From an uncultured Candidatus Cloacimonadota bacterium (lineage in GTDB: Bacteria > Cloacimonadota > Cloacimonadia > JGIOTU-2), in NCBI GenBank assembly GCA_964398885.1, contig CAYNOU010000002.1:22762-86761 (forward strand): a stretch of 64,000 bases of DNA, given 5' to 3'. Under the pieces are notes generated by a model. The model had not been told where the DNA came from. It did no database searches and saw nothing but the letters and a program-made list of their open reading frames with translations. The position numbers and the translations under genes were made by a program. Position 1 is the first letter of the stretch; every line of letters begins with the position of its first letter. Shown in pieces: positions 21,026 through 30,990 of this stretch.

Positions 21026-21850
21026 CTAATATTCAATTGATGTATATTTCTCCAAGATCCTTCCTAATTCATCTTTGGATAAACTTTTCCTAGCTACCCA
21101 GCCAGGTTTCTTCTTCGCAACAAGCAACCAGGAATCTCTCCAACCTGTAAAAATTTTTGTTAATGCAAGATAAAATGGCTTAACAAAAGTAGAAATCTTT
21201 CTTAGCATGTGATGACAACTCCTCAGTTCAAGTATTTCTAGGTTGAGATACTTTGCAAGCTTAACCAAATCGTCTTTTGTATATTCACGAATATGTCCTC
21301 TCCAATGTCCAGGAAACCAGTAATATGATTCAAATGAAGGGAGGTTGGTTTTTCCAAAGAATACATCGATTCGTTTTCTAACATTAACAAGGTTTGGAAC
21401 AATTACGAAGAGAAGACCTTCTGGTTTGAGTAACTCAAGTAAATCATTTAGAAGATCACGAGGAGAATCATGAAGATGTTCTAGTACACTATGCATCATA
21501 ATCATATCAAAATAATTCTTTTCAAAAGGTAAAGTTTCATCAATTGCAAGTTTAAAATCAATTCCAATATCCTTTGTGAAAGCGAGAATTTTCTCCCTAT
21601 TTCCTTTTATCTTGTGCCAGTAATCTTGTAAATCATCATAAGCAGAACACTTAAAACCAAGTAGTTGCAAAACTGCTGTCTTATCACATGGTCCGCAACC
21701 GAAATCAAGAATCTTGCTCCCAGGCTGTAAATAACGCAAAACTGTCTTTTCAATGTCAAGGAATACATCTTTTGCAGCTAAAATATATCCTTCAAACGGA
21801 AACCGTTCACGAACCAACTGTATTGCTTTTTCTGTTGTCATTTTCATCAC
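21026..21850 (-). CDS. Class I SAM-dependent methyltransferase.
   Basis: ILDFGCGPCDKTAVL is motif I, followed by an acidic residue and motif II-like segments. Confidence 0.7.
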   Translation of the reverse strand: MMKMTTEKAIQLVRERFPFEGYILAAKDVFLDIEKTVLRYLQPGSKILDFGCGPCDKTAVLQLLGFKCSAYDDLQDYWHKIKGNREKILAFTKDIGIDFKLAIDETLPFEKNYFDMIMMHSVLEHLHDSPRDLLNDLLELLKPEGLLFVIVPNLVNVRKRIDVFFGKTNLPSFESYYWFPGHWRGHIREYTKDDLVKLAKYLNLEILELRSCHHMLRKISTFVKPFYLALTKIFTGWRDSWLLVAKKKPGWVARKSLSKDELGRILEKYTSIEY

Positions 21851-21983
21851 TTTTTATAAACTATATTTGCTCATAATGATTATCAAGTCCATAAAGGAGA
21901 AATCATAGTATTAATTATCTCCATTTAATACTAATCATAATTTCAATTTCTATTATTTTTGAACCAATATAAAATAAGTAAAA

Positions 21984-23114
21984 TCATCCTAATTTCTCAA
22001 ATATTTGAATTAGTTTTTTAACATGATTTTCCCATTTGTAGATTTTTGCTCTGCTTTTACCTATCGCACTCAATTTATTCTTTAAGTCTTGGTTACCATT
22101 TAATAATAATATTTTTTCTGCTAATTCATTTGAATCAAAAGGTGAGAAATAGAGAGCAGCTTCAGCACAAATTTCATGATTTATTGGCGTATCAGCCGCA
22201 ATTATGGGTAGTCCAGCACTCATAGCTTCAATAATAGGATGTCCAAATGACTCCATAAATGAAGGAAAAATAAATATGTCAGCATTTTGGTATAAGCTTT
22301 GTATTTTTTCATAATTCTCTGAACCTAATATGATATTATCTTTTATTTCAACATTAAATAATGCTTCATAATCATCCTTCCAAGTTACATACCTTTTTGC
22401 ATGATCTGATTCCATATCCATAGATATTCTTGCAAGTACTTTATAGCCTCTATCTTTAATAATTTTAATAGCCTTTGCCATTATACCTGGATTTTTATGA
22501 GCATAATAAACGGAAACATAAAGTAATTTAATGATAGTTTCATTTATATTCTTTTTTTTATAAACATTATTAAACTTGCTCTCTAAGGTTCCATAATAAT
22601 TTACATAACATTTAGGTAAAAATTTAGGATAAAACCGAAGAAAATCCTCTTTCATAGAATTGGAAGGGAAAACAATAATATTGCTGTATTTTGCTGAAAT
22701 TCTGATTAATATTCTCCTTATTTTATTTTCTATTTGCTGTATCTTTGATAAATGTGGCCATATTATTTCATAATACATTCTGTTAAATGATATTAGGCGG
22801 CGTATCAATAATACTTGGTTTAGACTCTTGCCAAAAATTCCGAAGTTAGCTGAAGAAAAAAGCACATTTGCTTTAATATGATGAATTTCCTTTTTTAATA
22901 TAAACTGTTCATAAAAAAATCTTCTTATAAAATTATAATCTGATGCTTTTACTTTATGCAAAATCACATTACCATTTCCTCTAAAATCACCGTTGTAAGA
23001 TACCCAGAAATGAAAAATATGTTCTTTATAATTGGCAAATGAATTTATAAGATTTCTCGTATATGTAAGAATACCACCAGATTTTGCCGAAATAGCATTA
23101 ATTGCCACAATCAT
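21984..23114 (-). CDS. Glycosyltransferase family 4 (GT-B).
   Basis: C-terminal FIFPSFMESFGHPIIEAMSAGLPIIAA is an EX7E-type GT4 motif. Confidence 0.75.
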   Translation of the reverse strand: MIVAINAISAKSGGILTYTRNLINSFANYKEHIFHFWVSYNGDFRGNGNVILHKVKASDYNFIRRFFYEQFILKKEIHHIKANVLFSSANFGIFGKSLNQVLLIRRLISFNRMYYEIIWPHLSKIQQIENKIRRILIRISAKYSNIIVFPSNSMKEDFLRFYPKFLPKCYVNYYGTLESKFNNVYKKKNINETIIKLLYVSVYYAHKNPGIMAKAIKIIKDRGYKVLARISMDMESDHAKRYVTWKDDYEALFNVEIKDNIILGSENYEKIQSLYQNADIFIFPSFMESFGHPIIEAMSAGLPIIAADTPINHEICAEAALYFSPFDSNELAEKILLLNGNQDLKNKLSAIGKSRAKIYKWENHVKKLIQIFEKLG

Positions 23115-24616
23115 TTAAACTTCCTTATCATCTGTAAATCAAATAATTTCTTCTTTGATAATGTAAGAAGAAAGAAAAATATTAATAATAGAGAAACTAA
23201 TAATGACAGAATATTATTAACCTGAATTCTAATAAAATAAAATTTTAATATTAATGAAATAATAAAAAATAGAAATCCAAAGAATAAAATTTTTTTATTT
23301 AATAAAGCAGAATATTCTAAAAATATCTTACATTTCAGGATATAAAATAAATAGATAACCACTGCCACCGAATATGCCCAATATGCTATGGGTAAGATAT
23401 AACTCTTCAAGGAATTAGTAAATAAAATAATCGCTATTAAATATGATACCAACCCCAAAATATTAGCAGCAACAAGCTGATTTACTTGTTGAATAGCAAA
23501 AAATAATTTAAGTAAAATTGTATAAAAGAATAAAGTGCAAATAGCAAACGAATACATAACGAGATAAGTAGATATATTGCTAAGTTCATTTTTAGAAATA
23601 CCTGTAAGTCCATACACTAAGCTTGTAAGTAAGCTTCCATTAAATAGGACTACAACAAGAAATGGGAATAGTATAACAGTTACAAATTTAAGGGATTTTT
23701 TTGTTATATCAAATATTCTACTAAAATTATCCTTCCCAAATTGTTTAGAAAGTTTTGGCAATAACAAAATACTTAAAGGAGTAATCAAAATAATTGAAAA
23801 GATAAGTACTAATCTAAAAGCAAGATTTAGTTCGCTTATTGTTCCCTCTGTAAAACGAGAAGCAACTATTTTTTCAATTACAAGAGTAACATTAGAAAGA
23901 AATATTATTGCTATAGCTGGGATTGAAAATTTAATTAGCTTTACCAAATAATTATCAAAAAAACGAATCATATTTCCAATGCTTAAATATTTTATAGTAA
24001 AAGGTAAATGGATTAGGAACCATAAGAAGAAGCCCAAACTTGTTCCCACTGCAGCTGACAAAATACCCCATTTATTGTAAAAAAGAAATGTTATGACAAT
24101 TGTAGTACTATTTGCAATAAACAATCCCAAAGAAGGGGCAAGGAAGTCTTCTAAGACATGCATTGCTCCCCTTAAAACTGCAGCGAATCCAATAAATATA
24201 ACTCCTGGGGCAAGAATCTTGAAAATTTTGGATAGTAGAACATATTGAATTTCTGTGAATCCAGGTGCTATAATTACACCAATTTTATATGAAAATATAT
24301 ATAAAGCTATTGCGATTAAAAATAATACACCCCCTATTACTAAGAATGAAGAACTTACAAATTCTGAGAATTTTCTATTCCCATATTTAACTAAAATCTC
24401 ACTTAAAATCGGAATTAATGCACCGGATAACAATCCTGCTATAAGTATATTAATTGTCATCTCAGATATTGTATTAGCTATAAAAAAAGCGTCTGTTTGG
24501 TAATTAAGTCCAAATAATTTAACAATAGTAAAATGCTTGAAAAAGCCAGCAAATTTACCCAAAATTAAGCCTATTGTAATATAGCTAATAGATTTTAAAT
24601 TTTTGTTAATTTCCAT
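23111..24616 (-). CDS. wzx: Polysaccharide flippase (Wzx/MOP superfamily).
   Basis: 501 aa with about 12-14 predicted TM helices. It lies in a GT/Wzy/Wzz context. Confidence 0.6.
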   Translation of the reverse strand: MEINKNLKSISYITIGLILGKFAGFFKHFTIVKLFGLNYQTDAFFIANTISEMTINILIAGLLSGALIPILSEILVKYGNRKFSEFVSSSFLVIGGVLFLIAIALYIFSYKIGVIIAPGFTEIQYVLLSKIFKILAPGVIFIGFAAVLRGAMHVLEDFLAPSLGLFIANSTTIVITFLFYNKWGILSAAVGTSLGFFLWFLIHLPFTIKYLSIGNMIRFFDNYLVKLIKFSIPAIAIIFLSNVTLVIEKIVASRFTEGTISELNLAFRLVLIFSIILITPLSILLLPKLSKQFGKDNFSRIFDITKKSLKFVTVILFPFLVVVLFNGSLLTSLVYGLTGISKNELSNISTYLVMYSFAICTLFFYTILLKLFFAIQQVNQLVAANILGLVSYLIAIILFTNSLKSYILPIAYWAYSVAVVIYLFYILKCKIFLEYSALLNKKILFFGFLFFIISLILKFYFIRIQVNNILSLLVSLLLIFFFLLTLSKKKLFDLQMIRKFK

Positions 24617-24676
24617 TACAAAATTAATATAATAATATAGTTTACTTGTGGCTGCAGAGGTCCAGTAGAATAGCCG

Positions 24677-26335
24677 TCAAATGAAGCGTTTGGGTAGGCA
24701 TTCTTTACTCTGTAAACAAGCAGAGTGCTCTAATTGACTAAGCCAAAGATTTGTAAACACAGCTACCCAAATGAAATTGTAAGTCTGAGATGGTAACGGT
24801 GCTTCATCTACAATAATCTTTCGCAATTGATTCATTTTAACTAAGTCAAGGACATCTGTTAAAACGGATTTGGAATTCAGAAGTTGATCAAATGCTTTGA
24901 GAAATTCTAACTGTGAAAACTTTTGCCTGATTGGGGCGATAAAGGCACTCTTAGACCGATAAACCATATCCTGTGGCACATGAGAAGCAAGAATGGATTT
25001 GAGTACCCACTTAGGTTGCTTGCTACCAGGCCAGTAACAGGCTCTTTGAAGTGCTAATTCAACCATGCGATGATCAAGGAATGGATAAATGATTTGTCGA
25101 GAGTGAGCATCAAAAATGGATTTGTTTTTTTGTGCAAATATCTCACTACATACTAATGCTAGATCAATTGCACTCAATCGGACTTTATCATTATCTGAAG
25201 GGATAGTAGATTTCATCCATCGTTCTATTAGATCTAAAACATTAAAATAAATGGAGTCTTGAACATGATAAGTAATCCCTAATAGAGGATTTTGGGCAAT
25301 ACTTGCTTGTAACATAGGCATCTGAACTGAACGCCGACATAGTCGAAGAAAGTATTCAATACGAGATACATTTTTCCAGTACCCTTTTGCTTTGTAAAGA
25401 TATCCCATTACTTTACGGAATGTTCTTGGAATACTATATAGTTTTCGAAAATCTGAAGTCTTACCGAATAATCCAAAAGCTCCATCAGCCCCTGTTCCAT
25501 CTATGATTACTCTTGATTTGGAAAAATTCTCCAATACTGCAAAAGAAAGGTTATAGGTCGGTAATGAAGAATGATCACCAAATGGACACCTAAATGTATT
25601 TGCAATTCTATTAAGCATTTCAAAAGAATTATAGTCCCTGTCATTGATTCGCAAGAAACTTAGCCCTAAGTGTTTTGCCATATTTTCAGCTAGAAAAGAT
25701 TCTTTGTCATCATTACCCATGCAATAGTTTATCAACTTAGTCTTCTTCCATCCCATAGCTGATGTGCGAGCAGCTAGCACCCCTGAGTCAACGCCTCCGC
25801 TAAATAGAATTATAGGATCTTTATAAGGACAGGACTCTATTAGAATTTTGTCTATCAGTTTTATTAGCATCTCTTGTTGCAAGTTGGCATTCAAAAAATA
25901 ATCTACCTTTTTAGTAGTTGGCCAAGTAATAGCAGCTTTTTGCTCGATAACATTCAAAGTATTAATGTCAATTATAAATCGTTTTCCAGGAGTAAATCGT
26001 TTCACATCGGTCCAAATACTTAAGGGTGGTACAATGGCACCGAATTGTAAGAGGGAATACAACCCACGAATATCAATTTCCATACCATTTCTGAATAGGC
26101 TTCGGGGATCGTTACTAATGGAGAGTTTTTGAAGATCACGACTAAAATAGAGTTGATCTGGTGAAGCAAGTGGTATCTCTACCTTCAATAGACTTTTTGT
26201 CTTTACTAAAAAGATCTGTGCTTGTCCAACAGTAAATTCAACCTTTGATTGGTCGTTTTGAGTAATAAAAAACTCTGCTTCTTGATTTATTACTGGTCTC
26301 TCTCCAAGCTTGATAGTTAAATTAAATGAATGCAT
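24677..26335 (-). CDS. Asparagine synthetase (AsnB)-family protein lacking the N-terminal nucleophile Cys.
   Basis: DPIILFSGGVDSGVLAA is an SGGxDS PP-loop. The N-terminus MHSFNL has no Cys2. Confidence 0.65.
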   Translation of the reverse strand: MHSFNLTIKLGERPVINQEAEFFITQNDQSKVEFTVGQAQIFLVKTKSLLKVEIPLASPDQLYFSRDLQKLSISNDPRSLFRNGMEIDIRGLYSLLQFGAIVPPLSIWTDVKRFTPGKRFIIDINTLNVIEQKAAITWPTTKKVDYFLNANLQQEMLIKLIDKILIESCPYKDPIILFSGGVDSGVLAARTSAMGWKKTKLINYCMGNDDKESFLAENMAKHLGLSFLRINDRDYNSFEMLNRIANTFRCPFGDHSSLPTYNLSFAVLENFSKSRVIIDGTGADGAFGLFGKTSDFRKLYSIPRTFRKVMGYLYKAKGYWKNVSRIEYFLRLCRRSVQMPMLQASIAQNPLLGITYHVQDSIYFNVLDLIERWMKSTIPSDNDKVRLSAIDLALVCSEIFAQKNKSIFDAHSRQIIYPFLDHRMVELALQRACYWPGSKQPKWVLKSILASHVPQDMVYRSKSAFIAPIRQKFSQLEFLKAFDQLLNSKSVLTDVLDLVKMNQLRKIIVDEAPLPSQTYNFIWVAVFTNLWLSQLEHSACLQSKECLPKRFI

Positions 26336-26386
26336 GATATTTATTGTTTTTTATCTGACCAACTCTTTATGATCATAGTTAGAAGC

Positions 26387-27853
26387 TTATAATTTAAATA
26401 TCGCGGGGATCTTAAATATAAAAATCACAAAAGATAGCACAAAGGCAACGGTATAAGCTAAGGATGACATCAAATCTCCTCTTAACATAAAAAAGAAAAA
26501 TCCTAACAAAAATGGATATAATACCTTATAAATAGTCAACCTTGTAGAATCCTTTACTGAAACATAATATAAACAATCTAATGCTGCTATTATTTTCCCA
26601 AATATAAAAGCAAAAACTAAGATGCCAAAGATTCCAAAATTTATATATCCTTCGGATAGAAGAGGATTAGATATATTTGCATAAGTTAGCCCATAGTTAT
26701 TTTGTAGGTATTTTCCTATTACAAATCCCGAACCTTTTGGTTTATTTTGCCATATTTGTCTTGGTATAAAAAATAATAATGAACCGATTAATTGTCTACC
26801 GTATGTAATACCATCAATCTTAGATAACTCTATAGTATGACAGGTATTTTCATAAGCATCAAAGGTTCCACTTGTCAATAAATCTTTAGGTGTAATCGTT
26901 TTGAGCTCCAAAGTTTGATAGCCCCATGATTTACTAATAAAAAGCCGTCTTCCAACATCTAAAGCAGGAAAAACAAAAAGTAAACCAATTAGCATTAATA
27001 ACAAGAAAACAGCACCATTTTTACATTTTCTTAAAATAATTAAACAAAAATACCCTAAATAAATTGCAGCAACCCAGTTCCTTGCAGCGCCTAATGGATT
27101 TGTTACTATAATAGTTAATATAATCAGTATTGCTATTAACGGATACCATATTATTTTCTTGTTTAGCTTCTTCTTAATGGGAAACAGTAATAAAGCACCA
27201 ATTGTAATTGCAGGAAATGATCTTAGAAATTGCCGGCTCATTAATAATAATGGCTTACTCTGAATCTTTTGTTGAGCAATTTCTCCAAACAATCCTCTTG
27301 TAAGAAATGCTCTTATGCCCATCCAAACTACTAAGATAATTGATACAGCAATTGAAATTATTATAGCTGTTTTTATATTACGCTCATTTATCTTTTTCAA
27401 ACTTAATCGCTTAATAGCTTTATGAAATAAGGACTTTTTCCCATCAAATGTGTGATAAACTATCATAAAAATAAACGACCATAACAAAATAAGGATGTTG
27501 GTTAATAGTAACAAATGGGGAGCAGTTAAATTACTAAATGTGCCTTTAGTAAGAGGATAAGTATTCGTTAAATAGCTAGTTAAAGGTGACAAAAAAAAGA
27601 AAGTTAAATTGAATAACCAAAATATGGCATTTAAAGAGAAAGGTCTCCATTCAAGCTCTTGTAATAAGTTTATAATTGATATAAATCCAATCAATAAATA
27701 GGTTGCAACTATAGGAAAAACCAATTCTCTGCTAAGGAGATTTGGAGGTAGCTTAATAAAAAAAAAGAAGTATAAAAAAAGTAACAAAAAGAATAAACTA
27801 ACAGTTAAGGGGAATAACAAAACTTTCTGTTTCATAAAGTTACTATTTATCAA
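26387..27853 (-). CDS. Wzy-like oligosaccharide repeat-unit polymerase / O-antigen ligase family membrane protein.
   Basis: 488 aa polytopic membrane protein with a large loop near the C-terminal third. It lies between wzx and wzz. Confidence 0.5.
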   Translation of the reverse strand: MINSNFMKQKVLLFPLTVSLFFLLLFLYFFFFIKLPPNLLSRELVFPIVATYLLIGFISIINLLQELEWRPFSLNAIFWLFNLTFFFLSPLTSYLTNTYPLTKGTFSNLTAPHLLLLTNILILLWSFIFMIVYHTFDGKKSLFHKAIKRLSLKKINERNIKTAIIISIAVSIILVVWMGIRAFLTRGLFGEIAQQKIQSKPLLLMSRQFLRSFPAITIGALLLFPIKKKLNKKIIWYPLIAILIILTIIVTNPLGAARNWVAAIYLGYFCLIILRKCKNGAVFLLLMLIGLLFVFPALDVGRRLFISKSWGYQTLELKTITPKDLLTSGTFDAYENTCHTIELSKIDGITYGRQLIGSLLFFIPRQIWQNKPKGSGFVIGKYLQNNYGLTYANISNPLLSEGYINFGIFGILVFAFIFGKIIAALDCLYYVSVKDSTRLTIYKVLYPFLLGFFFFMLRGDLMSSLAYTVAFVLSFVIFIFKIPAIFKL

Positions 27854-27870
27854 AAAATAAAGAAGATTAA

Positions 27871-28977
27871 CTAATCTATTTTATTCCTTCTGATATTGTC
27901 ACCAGCAATAATAGTCGTAATCTCTAAAAAGAGTGTTATAAAGAGAGCGAAGAAGACTATCATCTTTCTTTTTGGTTTATTTTTCTTCTCTGGTCTTACA
28001 GCTTTATCCAAAACCTGCACCGTAGGAACATCTTTAGCTTCTTCGATTTTTGCCTGCTCATATTGGGGACCTAAATATTCTAAAAGTTTAGCATAATATT
28101 CTGCTTTTCTTTTAAGTTGTAAATATTCCTTCTGCATATCTGGAATTTTATCAAAATTGAGAAAGAGTTTCTCTGACGAAGCTTCTGAATAAAATTCATT
28201 AAACTTTTTCCGTAAAATCACCAACTCGCTCTCTAATGATCCTACTTCAGGACTTTTTATACTAAGCACTCTTTTTTTAACTTCCAATTCAACCTCTTTT
28301 GCCATAATTCCAGCTTTCATATCTGCTGCTTTTTCTACAGCTGTTTTCATCTGGTCAGAAATGCTTATTATACCTTTTTTCTGCATAAACATACTAATTT
28401 CATTTTCCAATTTATTTAGACTATCCCTTACAATTTCTATTCTATTCTCAATAAATTCTCTGCTGCTTTTTGCTTTGCTGGCTGTTAATGTTATATTTAA
28501 ATTGTCTAAACAATAAACAATATAATTTGCCATATCAGCCACTATATCCTGGTCTTTATCCAATATTGAAACAACAATCTGCTCTTCTTCTTCAACCTTT
28601 ATATTTATTTTTCCCCGCAATGCTTTTATAGTACTTTCCAAGTTTTTTGTTTTGTATCGTTTCTGTAAATCAAATTTCTTATTCATTGCTTCTAATAAAG
28701 TTCTACTCTTCAAAATTGCTAAGAATCTCATCTGGCTTTCGCTTCCACCAAACATACCACCCAATCCAAATGCACCCAGATTAGCACTTATTCCAGCCAA
28801 TTTGCTTTCCTCTGTCTCGGGGGGCATAATAACAGCAGTTGCTTTATACCATTTGGGCAGAAGCAGGCTAATAATCACAGATAATACCGTAACAATGGTA
28901 ACAGTAATGATAATAAATTTTCTCTTTTTCCAGATTATATTCCAATAATCAATTAAGTTAATTTCTTTTTCTTGCAT
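27871..28977 (-). CDS. wzz: Polysaccharide chain-length determinant protein (Wzz/PCP family, no kinase domain).
   Basis: N-terminal ...LIDYWNIIWKKRKFII + TM + coiled-coil region + C-terminal TM (MIVFFALFITLFLEITTII). Confidence 0.65.
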   Translation of the reverse strand: MQEKEINLIDYWNIIWKKRKFIIITVTIVTVLSVIISLLLPKWYKATAVIMPPETEESKLAGISANLGAFGLGGMFGGSESQMRFLAILKSRTLLEAMNKKFDLQKRYKTKNLESTIKALRGKINIKVEEEEQIVVSILDKDQDIVADMANYIVYCLDNLNITLTASKAKSSREFIENRIEIVRDSLNKLENEISMFMQKKGIISISDQMKTAVEKAADMKAGIMAKEVELEVKKRVLSIKSPEVGSLESELVILRKKFNEFYSEASSEKLFLNFDKIPDMQKEYLQLKRKAEYYAKLLEYLGPQYEQAKIEEAKDVPTVQVLDKAVRPEKKNKPKRKMIVFFALFITLFLEITTIIAGDNIRRNKID

Positions 28978-28991
28978 ATTACCTCTTTATT

Positions 28992-29020
28992 TTGCCACAG
29001 AGACACAAAGACACAGAGAA
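28992..29020. repeat. Repeat family B, TTGCCACAGAGACAC...ACAGAGA, upstream of the wzz start.
   Basis: ttgccacagagacacaaagacacagagaa. The same module recurs at 34378-34411 and 39619-39683, and in a TTGCCACGAA variant at 39376 and 59052. Confidence 0.6.
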
Positions 29021-29246
29021 AAAATTATTTAAAATAACTTTGCGATTTCTGCGACTTTGCGGTGAGAGAGTTCACCCTATCGTCTTTCATACAAGACGAT
29101 ATCCTGTCATTATCGTCTTATATACTTGCCAATAGAGAAGGGAACAATATTAAAATCGCAAACATAATTTCTTTTTCTTCCATAAATTCCTCACTTTTCT
29201 CATTCCCAAACTCAATTTGGAAATGAGAAATCTATATAGTTATCAT

Positions 29247-30854
29247 TTACCATTTCACATTTTGAATTACAATAAGAACGGTTGCAATATCAGCGGCAAC
29301 TCTCATCACATCCTTTGCAATCTGCCAATAATCATACTCTTTCTTCTCAGGAATAAAAATCATATCACCAACCTCAATTTTAGTATTCTTATCTGGCTTT
29401 AACCATTCACCAGTTACAGCCTTAATTAACCTTATTTTACTCTTGCGGGCTCGCCAGGCAAAACCACCAGCTTTATTGATATAATATAGATAGTTTCTAC
29501 CTTGAATAAATGTAATAAGTCCAGGACTTTTTACTTGACCCGAGACAGTTATAGTAATGGTTTTGTCTGGAATATAGATGAAATCACCGCTTTTCAATAA
29601 AATGTCTGCACCTTTATCCTTATCAAGCAAAAGTTTCCCAAAATCAATAGGGACCATTCCTTTTAATTCTCGGGACTTGGTTTTAAAATATTCATACTCC
29701 ATATCAGTCATATCTTCAACCAACATCAATTTTAATCTTTCAAATTCCGGGTCAACTATATCTACACTTCTTCTTCGCTGGAGATAGGCATTTTTCAAGT
29801 CAGCCTTATCAGTTGGTCTGCCGCATTTTTCAAGAATTTCAGCAAGGTATGTTTTGCCCTCTTCTATTGAGTATGCACCCGGGAATCTAACCTCTCCTGA
29901 AACGGTTACACCTTTCTTTTCATGAAATTCAGGAATTGAGCGAATGAAAATTCTGTCATCATTTTTTAATAATATGTTGTCTTCGCATTCAGGCTTATCT
30001 ATTATTTTCTTCAAATTTACTGTTAGAATTTCAGTATCAATATGGTTCTCTTTGAACCTAACAACCTCAGCTTTTTCTAAATATGCATCATCTCGTAAAC
30101 CGCCAGAAACTGCTATTGCGTCAGATAATCTATATCCTTCGGTTAAGTTATATTCATCAGGATTTTTTACTGCACCAGATACAGTAACTTTTAACTCTTC
30201 TCTTTTGTGATATTCAGGAATTGCTTTAATAAAAATCCTATCGTCATTTTTAAGCAAAACATTATCAGTAGATGCGGGATTATCTATCACATTTTGCAAA
30301 TTAATGGTTAATATTTCTGTATCAATATGATTATCTTTAAATCTAACAACCTCAGCTTTTTCTAAATATGCATCATCTCGGAGTCCCATTGCAAGTTCAA
30401 TTATATCACTGATTTTATCACCTTTTACCAATTCATAGGTGCCGACTCTGTTTACAGCTCCATAGATGGATATAGTCTTATCCCTAACCGGAACGAAGAT
30501 AACATCTCCGTCCTGCAGATATGGATTATCTTCTTCAGAGCCCAGAATAAGAAATCTTGCTAAGTCCAGTTTAATTTCAGAGTTATCCCTTCTTAATAAT
30601 ACCTTTCTTTTAGAGGCATTAGACAAAAAGCCAGTCCTTATGGTATCTGAGAAAGAAGCATATTTTATTGCTGTAAGGACTCTATCAGAGGATGGTAACT
30701 TATATACACCAGGATTTTGAACTGCACCTACCACTGAGACGCTATAATAGACTTCAACTCTTTGAGGCATAGTTTGTGCAGTCAAAATGCCATTTGCTAT
30801 AATGAAACACAATAGGTAAATTAAGACTGCATTTTTTTTGTAGTGTTTAGTCAT
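29247..30854 (-). CDS. Polysaccharide export protein (Wza-like) with multiple SLBB domains.
   Basis: Signal peptide. Repeated GDVIFVP/DRIFI motifs. Two near-identical internal ~80-aa repeats (GLRDDAYLEKAEVVRFK[DE]NHIDTEILT...). Confidence 0.7.
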   Translation of the reverse strand: MTKHYKKNAVLIYLLCFIIANGILTAQTMPQRVEVYYSVSVVGAVQNPGVYKLPSSDRVLTAIKYASFSDTIRTGFLSNASKRKVLLRRDNSEIKLDLARFLILGSEEDNPYLQDGDVIFVPVRDKTISIYGAVNRVGTYELVKGDKISDIIELAMGLRDDAYLEKAEVVRFKDNHIDTEILTINLQNVIDNPASTDNVLLKNDDRIFIKAIPEYHKREELKVTVSGAVKNPDEYNLTEGYRLSDAIAVSGGLRDDAYLEKAEVVRFKENHIDTEILTVNLKKIIDKPECEDNILLKNDDRIFIRSIPEFHEKKGVTVSGEVRFPGAYSIEEGKTYLAEILEKCGRPTDKADLKNAYLQRRRSVDIVDPEFERLKLMLVEDMTDMEYEYFKTKSRELKGMVPIDFGKLLLDKDKGADILLKSGDFIYIPDKTITITVSGQVKSPGLITFIQGRNYLYYINKAGGFAWRARKSKIRLIKAVTGEWLKPDKNTKIEVGDMIFIPEKKEYDYWQIAKDVMRVAADIATVLIVIQNVKW

Positions 30855-30990
30855 CTTTCTACCTCAGTAATTATTTAATTTCACTCAAAATTTTAGTTAG
30901 TTATTTTTCGCACACTAACAGCTTTTTATTACTTTTTCCATTTGGACTGAAAATATTAAGATAATTTGTATTCTTAAAATTTTCACCATA

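Noticed and set aside
28992-29020. The TGGCA core of family-B repeats could be a sigma-54 -24 element.
   Set aside because: No TTGC(A/T) -12 element lies at the required 4-5 nt spacing in any copy.
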